64,000 nucleotides of DNA from Elusimicrobiota bacterium (GTDB lineage Bacteria > Elusimicrobiota > Endomicrobiia > Endomicrobiales > JBDRNC01): NCBI GenBank assembly GCA_043811535.1, contig JBDRNC010000028.1, forward strand, positions 32,001 to 96,000, written 5' to 3'. Of this stretch, positions 57,012 through 64,000 are shown piece by piece. Position 1 is the first letter of the stretch, and every line of letters starts with the position of its first letter. The notes beneath the pieces are model-generated. The model was not told the DNA's origin and ran no database searches. It saw only the letters and a program-made list of their open reading frames with translations. The position numbers and the translations under genes were made by a program.

Positions 57012-58337
57012 ATGAAAAAATTACTGCTCGCCGCCTGCCTTATTGCCTTTTATTCAATTCTATTTGCTGAAATTATTAAAAATATCGAGATAACCGGCAA
57101 CAGAGTCAATGAATCCGTCATAAGAAGCCGGCTTGCCTTTAAAGAAGGCGACATTCTTGACGAAGCGAAAATAGAGCAAAGCAAATCCAACCTGTATTCC
57201 CTCGGGCTGTTCAAATCGCTGGAGATCAGCAGTAAAACCGTTGATTCATCCGGCGGCATCTCGGTAACCGTTGACGCCCGCGACGGCTGGTTCGTTCTCC
57301 CCTGGCCGTTTTTCGGCAGCCGCGGAGGCACAAGATACGCGGGCGGCATGATAATTGAGCAGAATTTCTTTAAAAAAGCCGAAAGGATATTCTTTTTCGG
57401 GAGTTATCAGGATAATTCTTCGCTCAATACCGTATCGCTCATGCTGCCGGATTTCACGATAGGGGTTATGGTTGACAAGCGCTCTCAAACCGAATACCGC
57501 TATTCAGACGGAGCGTTTAACTCCAGCCTTCTTTCGTGGGATGATATGTCAAAATTCGCAAAATACGGAAAGATATCGGACTCTTATGAAAAAGAATCGG
57601 ATTCTTTCCGGTTCAGCGCGGGAAAACCTGTCAATAAAAATCTGTCGGTCTCACTGGCTGTATTTTCCGGAAATATCATCTATAGAAATCCGGCGTCAGC
57701 TCCCGGGGATGAAGGAAGAATTAACGCCGTTCAAGTGTCGGGTTCTTACGGCAAAATGGAGTCGCGCGCCGACATGTTGTCTGGTTTCGGCAGGATATTC
57801 GGGCTTGGAATGGCCGACTTGAATGATAAATTGAAGCCGCTCGCAGAATCAAAGACTTACTACGGGTTCCAGGCGTCACTGGAGAATTCAAACAAGGGTA
57901 TCGGCTCGGATTTTGAATATAACAAGGCCTCGCTGTCCGCAAGCCGGACAACGGTATTCCGCGACAGGAGCCAGTTATCACTGTCTGCGAAAACTGGCTT
58001 CGGCTCCGGCGTGCCCTTCAGCCAGCTGTTCGCGACAAGCAGAAGGGAAGGATTAAAAGGAACTTACGCGAGGGAATTCAGGGGCGACGCGATAGCGGCG
58101 GCGAACGCCTCTTACAGGCATTCGTTTTCCAGGAACAGCATCGGCCAGCTGAACGGCGAGATATTCGCGGAATACGCGGCAGTATACCTTAACGGAACTC
58201 AAAAAGAAAAGGAAGGAGCCGGCCTCAACCTGGTTTATCAGTTCTGGCGGTTCCCTCTGCCTATCGGATTCGGTTACACTTACTGTTTTGACGATTACGA
58301 CTGGCAGGCGTCGGTGGGCGTAGGGGGATTCTTTTAA
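57012..58337 (+). CDS. POTRA-domain outer-membrane beta-barrel protein (Omp85-like)
   Basis: IKNIEITGNRVNESVIRSRL...LYSLGLF POTRA; C-terminal Phe. Confidence 0.75.
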   Translation: MKKLLLAACLIAFYSILFAEIIKNIEITGNRVNESVIRSRLAFKEGDILDEAKIEQSKSNLYSLGLFKSLEISSKTVDSSGGISVTVDARDGWFVLPWPFFGSRGGTRYAGGMIIEQNFFKKAERIFFFGSYQDNSSLNTVSLMLPDFTIGVMVDKRSQTEYRYSDGAFNSSLLSWDDMSKFAKYGKISDSYEKESDSFRFSAGKPVNKNLSVSLAVFSGNIIYRNPASAPGDEGRINAVQVSGSYGKMESRADMLSGFGRIFGLGMADLNDKLKPLAESKTYYGFQASLENSNKGIGSDFEYNKASLSASRTTVFRDRSQLSLSAKTGFGSGVPFSQLFATSRREGLKGTYAREFRGDAIAAANASYRHSFSRNSIGQLNGEIFAEYAAVYLNGTQKEKEGAGLNLVYQFWRFPLPIGFGYTYCFDDYDWQASVGVGGFF

Positions 58338-58341
58338 CAGC

Positions 58342-58540
58342 AGGGTCCAGTTTCAAGGGTCCAGGGTCCAGGATTTAGAACTGTATTTTACAAACAACAA
58401 TCAAAAAGTTATAATTCACTTTGTTTCCCCTCTTTCATAAAGTAAGTCTTTGGACCCCGTGTAGTCTGGGGAAGCGGTCAGGGGATCCGCCGCGGCGGAC
58501 CCCTCATTCCCCCTTTATAAAAGGGGGAGATAAAAGGAAT
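58342..58540. repeat. Composite of a GGGTCCA heptamer array, a GC mini-palindrome and a C-rich/G-rich REP
   Basis: agggtccagtttcaagggtccagggtccagg ... gtctttggacccc; atccgccgcggcggac; ccccctttataaaagggg. Confidence 0.7.
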
Positions 58541-58541
58541 C

Positions 58542-59282
58542 GTGAAAAAGATAATAATATCTTCAACTAAAAATCCGGATATCAAGCATATCAGGAAACT
58601 GCTTGACGACAGGCAGTACCGCTACGAGCGCGGGGAATATGTTGTTGAAGGCATAAACACGCTTGATAACCTGGGCATCCCTAAAAAGCTGTACGTGCGC
58701 GAGGGGTGCGAAATCCCGTCAGTCAACTGCGAAACTGTCTTTATCCTACCCGAGATTGTCTTTAACGCCGTATCTTCAACCGAAAACAGCCGCGGAGTCA
58801 TCGCGATTGTCCCCCTAAAACTGCTGACGGCAAAGGATATCGATAAAAACGGTCGCTATGTTTTTCTGGACAGGATACAGGACCCCGGCAATTTAGGCGC
58901 GATAATGAGAAGCGCGTGCGCCTTCGGATATAAAGGCATAATTGTCACGCCCGGCACGGTAGATCCTTTCTCACCTAAATCCGTAAGGGCCGCTGCAAGC
59001 GCCTTTAACACGATGGATATAGTTAAAATTGAGAATGCCGCTCAGCTGGAAGGTTTATATGTGATAGCCGCGGATATGAAGGGAAAGGATATTTCGGGTT
59101 ACGCCTGGCCTCAGGCATTTATCCTGGCTTTCGGAAACGAAGGGGCGGGAATTTCTGAGGAACTCCGCAAATCGGCAAAGGACACCGTGTCCATACCGAT
59201 GCTTGGTAACATAGAATCGCTCAACGCCGCGGCTTCCGCCGCCATAATAATGTACAGCTCAACGCATAAAGACAGTATCTAG
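58542..59282 (+). CDS. TrmH/SpoU family RNA methyltransferase
   Basis: IQDPGNLGAIMRS, FGNEGAG, SIPM..IESLNAA. Confidence 0.92.
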   Translation: MKKIIISSTKNPDIKHIRKLLDDRQYRYERGEYVVEGINTLDNLGIPKKLYVREGCEIPSVNCETVFILPEIVFNAVSSTENSRGVIAIVPLKLLTAKDIDKNGRYVFLDRIQDPGNLGAIMRSACAFGYKGIIVTPGTVDPFSPKSVRAAASAFNTMDIVKIENAAQLEGLYVIAADMKGKDISGYAWPQAFILAFGNEGAGISEELRKSAKDTVSIPMLGNIESLNAAASAAIIMYSSTHKDSI

Positions 59283-59298
59283 TAAAAGGTAAAAACTA

Positions 59299-60600
59299 TT
59301 AATTCATAATGCGCTCAACGGCTTTTATGGCGTCGATGGCAGAGCTCATTATACCACCCGCGTAACCGGATCCCTCGCCGATAGGATATAGATTACCCAG
59401 ATTCTCGGCTTCATAGTTTTCCCCTCGCCTAATCCTTAAAGGACAAGTAGTCCTTGTTTCCGCTCCCAGCAGTATCCCGTGTTCCGATACAAATAACGGA
59501 TATTCCAATTTCCACGCATTGAAGGCTTCCCTGAGTGAAACGCAAACGAAATTCGGGAATATCAGGTTCATACTGGCGGATGCGGTGCCGGTTTTGCACG
59601 AATTTTCATTTAAATTAGCTGATATACGCCCTGAAAGAAAATCCGTCAGATTCTGCGCCGGCACCTTCCAGTTACCGCCTCCGGCGTTGAATGCCTTCCT
59701 TTCTATCTCTCTCTGAAATTCTATGCCTGCCAGCGGATCCGCTGACCCGAAATCATCAGTTTTGCAGGCTACAACTATAGCCGAATTCGAAAAAGCCGAA
59801 GTCCTGCCGGAGTAGCTCATGCCGTTTAATGCCAGCAGGCCGTTTTCCGAAGAGGCATTGACTATCTCGCCGCCCGGGCACATGCAGAATGTGGCTACGC
59901 CTCTCCCCGTTTTCAGTTTATTATGCGTAAAGGAATAATTATCCGCTTTGCCGCCTGATGCCTCTCCGTATCTGAAGCGGTTTGCAATTTCTACGGGGTG
60001 CTCTATTCTTATTCCTACAGATATAGGCTTCTGTTCCATAATGACACCCTTTTCATTGAGCACCCCAAACGTATCGCGCGCTGAATGTCCGATGGCAAGA
60101 TAGATGCATGAGGAGCGATATTCCTTATTGCCGTTTATCACAACGCCGGCTGCATTTTTCTCCAAAATTATGATATCCGTCATTTTCGAGCTGTAATGAA
60201 TCTCCCCGCCTTTCTCAAGTATGTGATCTCTGATGTTTGCGACTATTTTGCACAGGACATCCGTGCCAAGGTGCGGCTTGCCGATGCTTCTGATATTCTC
60301 CGGAGCTCCGAACCTGATAAAAGTATCAAGCGCTTTTTGCGCTTCTGCCGAATTCCTGCCGGGCTTTGAAAATAGTTTGCCGTCGGAATAGGAACCCGCT
60401 CCGCCTTCGCCGAACTGGATGTTGGATTCTTCATTCAGCACCTTTTCCTTGATGAATCTTTGAATATCAACCGAACGCTCTTCCAGCTTCCTGCCTCTTT
60501 CAAATATCAAGGGCTTGATGCCGCGCTCAACAAGTTCAAGGGCGGCGAACATCCCCGCCGGCCCAAATCCGATGATGACAGGTTTTTCGTTATTTTTCAA
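59299..60600 (-). CDS. NAD(P)/FAD-dependent oxidoreductase
   Basis: IIGFGPAG, FGEGGAGSYSDGKL, FCMCPGG, GEGSGYAGGIMSSA. Confidence 0.9.
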   Translation of the reverse strand: MKNNEKPVIIGFGPAGMFAALELVERGIKPLIFERGRKLEERSVDIQRFIKEKVLNEESNIQFGEGGAGSYSDGKLFSKPGRNSAEAQKALDTFIRFGAPENIRSIGKPHLGTDVLCKIVANIRDHILEKGGEIHYSSKMTDIIILEKNAAGVVINGNKEYRSSCIYLAIGHSARDTFGVLNEKGVIMEQKPISVGIRIEHPVEIANRFRYGEASGGKADNYSFTHNKLKTGRGVATFCMCPGGEIVNASSENGLLALNGMSYSGRTSAFSNSAIVVACKTDDFGSADPLAGIEFQREIERKAFNAGGGNWKVPAQNLTDFLSGRISANLNENSCKTGTASASMNLIFPNFVCVSLREAFNAWKLEYPLFVSEHGILLGAETRTTCPLRIRRGENYEAENLGNLYPIGEGSGYAGGIMSSAIDAIKAVERIMN

Positions 60601-60665
60601 TCAATCGCCTTTCTATTTGCAGTTTTTCTAGTCACTGATCACCAGTCACTAGTCACTGTTTTTAT

Positions 60666-61046
60666 TCATCCGCAACACGGCGCCGCGGAACCTTTTCCTT
60701 TCTTGCTTGTGTACGCGTTTATCACCGCGGCCGCGCAGCCGACACCGGCCTGAACCTTGATAGCACCCGACGGACAGTTCCTTTTGCACGCTCCGCACTC
60801 CATACACAGGTCTTTATCCGTCATAACCGCTTTCTTTTCTTCCCGCCACGTTTGAGATGAAAAGTCATTATCATCAGATTGTGGCGGATTTCGCCCCGAT
60901 TTGCCATGAACGCTGATATTCTCATCTGATTTCATTCGGGGCTCAACCTGAAATATCCTGTGCGGGCATACTTCAGCGCACCTTCCGCATCCCGAACATT
61001 TTGAAGTGTCGTATTCTAGCGTCGTAACATTTGATAGATATCTCAT
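60666..61046 (-). CDS. hgcB: Mercury methylation ferredoxin HgcB with a 34-aa insertion
   Basis: MRYL..VTTL, CSGCGRCAEVCPH, CMECGACKRNCP, GVGCAAA, C-terminal CC; downstream of hgcA. Confidence 0.92.
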   Translation of the reverse strand: MRYLSNVTTLEYDTSKCSGCGRCAEVCPHRIFQVEPRMKSDENISVHGKSGRNPPQSDDNDFSSQTWREEKKAVMTDKDLCMECGACKRNCPSGAIKVQAGVGCAAAVINAYTSKKGKGSAAPCCG

Positions 61047-61183
61047 TGAGCACCTCTTGTGTTTTATTGAATTGCTTTATGCGAAATCCCGCCAACGGCG
61101 GGACTAGTTACTCCTTGATTACACAGACGACTTCCGACAAGCAATTAATGGAGTCCCGATTTATCGGGATTCAAACATAGATT

Positions 61184-62320
61184 TCACCGATTAAATACAC
61201 TTACTATTCCCAGTACTAATGAGACCGCCAACGAGCTGAGAATCGCCGGTATCGCGTACTTGAGTTCTTTCTTCACGCCGGATAATGATGTGTACGTTGA
61301 TGCGCCGGTGAAATTCGCCGCGATGTATGCCGTCACGGCGCTTATTCCCAGAGTTACGGATACGGATTGAAGTAAATTCAATCTATAAATAATAATCGGT
61401 ATTAACGCGGTTCCCATTCCGAGTAGAGCGCCTTTCACTGAAAATGCCCTTCCCCTAAGATAAGGGAGCATTAGCGGAACTATCAGCGTTCCGGAAAAAA
61501 TTGCTGTCCAGATTGATAATATCAGTATCCCGGCCGTCCTGCCGTACTGCGGCATGAAAAATGATGTTAAAAGCAGCGCTATAGTAACAATAAATCCTGT
61601 TTTTGCCGCGATTGCAAACTCAAGCCATGCAACAGTTAGCCTGTCGCCGGCGTCAAACCTGACTCTGCGCATTTTTTCATCCGCCTTCATGCCGTTCCTG
61701 AGGAATTCCGGGATATCTTCCGCCCTCACAGGCCCGTATATCACGTTGAACTCAGAGTACATCTTGACCATATGGGCGCACACCCCCGGCGCGCCCAGCT
61801 GGGGTACTATCACGTTTTTGTGCGAAACTACTTCGCTGAGTTTTTCTTCATATATCCTGAACGCCAGCTCCTTGGTGCCGAACGTCCCCTTGCCCGCGGC
61901 ACACCACACGTTAACGCCTCTTGAGTCAATCACCAGTATCCAAACATTCTGCCCGGCCAGTTCCCGGCGCAAAACGTCAAATGAAAGCTTATAATTCGCC
62001 GACACAAGCACCGGCGAATCCTTACCGGGATTTCCTACCGCGTAAATGCCGGGTTTTACGGCATAGTTCATCCTGGTGGAGCTCATCTGAATACCCCGTA
62101 GGGCATTAATAATTCGACCTCCCGCTTCAGCGGGATTTACATCAAGCCGTGACATTATCTGGCCGAGATAGTCCTTCATTGACCATTTCGTGGATACCTT
62201 ATCTATCTCCCGGCCGTTTATTTCAATCTTGCCTTCAACCGGGATTGAGCGGTATCTGATATCCAACCGCGCTTCCGAACCGCAGTTGCATTCTATGGCG
62301 CTCTGCTTTTCTTCAGTCAT
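61184..62320 (-). CDS. hgcA: Mercury methylation corrinoid protein HgcA
   Basis: Cap-helix motif [33 protein letters not shown]-terminal TM helices with [13 protein letters not shown] 62320 overlaps the acr3 stop. Confidence 0.96.
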   Translation of the reverse strand: MTEEKQSAIECNCGSEARLDIRYRSIPVEGKIEINGREIDKVSTKWSMKDYLGQIMSRLDVNPAEAGGRIINALRGIQMSSTRMNYAVKPGIYAVGNPGKDSPVLVSANYKLSFDVLRRELAGQNVWILVIDSRGVNVWCAAGKGTFGTKELAFRIYEEKLSEVVSHKNVIVPQLGAPGVCAHMVKMYSEFNVIYGPVRAEDIPEFLRNGMKADEKMRRVRFDAGDRLTVAWLEFAIAAKTGFIVTIALLLTSFFMPQYGRTAGILILSIWTAIFSGTLIVPLMLPYLRGRAFSVKGALLGMGTALIPIIIYRLNLLQSVSVTLGISAVTAYIAANFTGASTYTSLSGVKKELKYAIPAILSSLAVSLVLGIVSVFNR

Positions 62321-63377
62321 TTTTCGCCTCTTTCGGAACAAATAATTTCTTCATCCTTAACGATACATTCACAAGCAGTATGAGCACCGGCACTTCTATC
62401 AAAGGCCCGATGACAGCCGCGAAGGCCTGCCCGGAATTTATGCCGAAAATCGCGATGGCAACGGCTATGGCAAGCTCAAAGTCGTTGCTCGCGGCAGTAA
62501 ATGAAGCGGCGGCGGTTTTCCCGTAATCCGCTCCCATTTTTCTCATTATGAAAAACGTTGAGAACCACATAAACGCGAAATAAATAACCAGCGGCAGGGC
62601 GATCCTCAATACATCCAGCGGAAGCCTGATTATGTACTCGCCCTTTAGCGAGAACATCACTATAATCGTGAAAAGCAGGGCGATAAACGTTAAAGGGCTT
62701 ATGACAGGCATGAATTTGGTTTCATACCATTCAAGGCCTTTCAGCTTTATCAACCCGAACCTTGTCGTTATCCCGGCTATGAACGGTATGCCAAGATATA
62801 TAAACACCGTCTTTGCCGCTTCCAGGATCGAGACGCTGACATTCAGCCCTTTTGCCAGACCGAGCCCGTTTAGAAGCAAAGTTATGAAGACATATATGTA
62901 AACGGCGTAGAAAAGCACCTGAAATATCGCGTTGAACGCAACGAGCCCGACACCTAATTCCCTGTCGCCCGAGGCAAGCTCGTTCCAGACGATTACCATG
63001 GCGATGCAGCGCGCGAGGCCTACAAGTATCACTCCTATCATGTATTCCGGATAGTTGCGCAGGAAGAGTATCGCCAGCGCCGTCATTACGACCGGGCCTA
63101 CTATCCAGTTCTGTATAAGTGAAAGGGTGAGTATCTTCTTATTGCGGAAAACGGTGTCCATTTTTTCATATCTCACCTTTGCAAGCGGCGGGTACATCAT
63201 CACAATAAGGCCTATCGCGATGGGTATCGATGTCGTTCCCACCTGGAGATTCGTTATTGCCGTCGTCACCATGGGAAAATAAAAGCCGATGCCGACACCC
63301 GCCCCCATCGCCGCAAATATCCACAGAGTGAGATACCTGTCCAGCAATGAAAGCCTTTTAACCGTTCCTTCCGACAT
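62313..63377 (-). CDS. acr3: Arsenite efflux transporter, ACR3 family
   Basis: [48 protein letters not shown]. Confidence 0.96.
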   Translation of the reverse strand: MSEGTVKRLSLLDRYLTLWIFAAMGAGVGIGFYFPMVTTAITNLQVGTTSIPIAIGLIVMMYPPLAKVRYEKMDTVFRNKKILTLSLIQNWIVGPVVMTALAILFLRNYPEYMIGVILVGLARCIAMVIVWNELASGDRELGVGLVAFNAIFQVLFYAVYIYVFITLLLNGLGLAKGLNVSVSILEAAKTVFIYLGIPFIAGITTRFGLIKLKGLEWYETKFMPVISPLTFIALLFTIIVMFSLKGEYIIRLPLDVLRIALPLVIYFAFMWFSTFFIMRKMGADYGKTAAASFTAASNDFELAIAVAIAIFGINSGQAFAAVIGPLIEVPVLILLVNVSLRMKKLFVPKEAKND

Positions 63378-63378
63378 T

Positions 63379-64000
63379 TCAAACCCTCCTGATGGAATAG
63401 AGTAGATACAATCCGCCGATTATAACAAGAATTCCGCATATTTTCCTCACTATAATGAGCCCTTTTGATTTTTCGTTCCAGTTCAGATAGTTCTGAACAA
63501 CTTCCGTAAAAGTGCCGGCAAGAATGATCACGGAGACATGGCCGACGGCATATGCCAGGATAAGCGCCGCAGCGAACGGCAAGTTGCTTGACCCAACTGT
63601 AAACGCAACGCCTAGCATAGGAGCCATATAAGCGAATGAACAGGGCCCGAGCGCAATACCGAATACAAGCCCCAGAATAAATGCCGCAATTAATCCTTTT
63701 TTCTTGAATATAGGCTGGCCGCCCTTCCCGGCAAACGGCAAAGGGATAATATCAAGAAGATGCAGGCCTACGATAAAAAATATTATCGCTACAAAATAAT
63801 TACCCCATGAGCCTATATCGCCCAACATCCTGCCGAGTAATCCGGTAATAATCCCGATGAGAGCTATCGTAACAAGAATGCCGGAAGCGAACAAAGATGA
63901 GAGCAGAAAAGCCCGTTTTGTTGAAATGCGGCCCTGCTCATCAATGAACCCGATAATAAGCGGTATACTTGCCAGGTGGCACGGGCTCAGCAGTATGCTG
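63379..64000 (-). CDS. CcdA/DsbD-type thiol-disulfide membrane protein; 5' end lies outside the window
   Basis: Frame open to the edge: [17 protein letters not shown] ... GPCSFAY (two PC motifs). Confidence 0.85.
   Translation of the reverse strand, partial: SILLSPCHLASIPLIIGFIDEQGRISTKRAFLLSSLFASGILVTIALIGIITGLLGRMLGDIGSWGNYFVAIIFFIVGLHLLDIIPLPFAGKGGQPIFKKKGLIAAFILGLVFGIALGPCSFAYMAPMLGVAFTVGSSNLPFAAALILAYAVGHVSVIILAGTFTEVVQNYLNWNEKSKGLIIVRKICGILVIIGGLYLLYSIRRV

Noticed and set aside
61184..62320. Acetyl-CoA synthase corrinoid subunit (CdhE/AcsC) instead of HgcA
   Set aside because: It has the Cys-containing cap helix NVWCAAGK, a C-terminal TM domain and an adjacent hgcB, and lacks the TIM-barrel region.

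Overview
Bacterial chromosomal window from a probable anaerobic diderm. The FN3/T9SS-like cargo, HEAT proteins and general gene content suggest Elusimicrobiota, but that is inference only. Gene content: two B12-binding radical SAM enzymes, nudF-like hydrolase, ndk, GTP-dependent PEPCK, mnmG and rsmG, a c-di-GMP-I riboswitch-led cluster (giant FN3 protein, PorV/PorP-like barrel-LysM protein, histidine kinase, two receiver-TM-propeller proteins), membrane pyrophosphatase, KamA family enzyme, DnaQ-WYL fusion, a TetR-led RND/MacAB/MFS efflux cluster, and a ccdA-acr3-hgcA-hgcB (arsenite export plus mercury methylation) cluster at the right end. No rRNA, tRNA, CRISPR array, transposase or reverse transcriptase was seen. 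The most striking signal is non-coding. Most intergenic gaps hold a hairpin built from two inverted arrays of short (mostly 7-8 nt) tandem repeats. The repeat unit changes between loci (about a dozen units), yet many spacers share an AAAGAC/GTCTTT hexamer. One hairpin encloses a four-helix-bundle (23S IVP/Avd-like) gene, one sits inside a riboswitch aptamer, and two encode the signal peptides of host genes. Other small palindromes form in-frame insertions in hgcA and hgcB.
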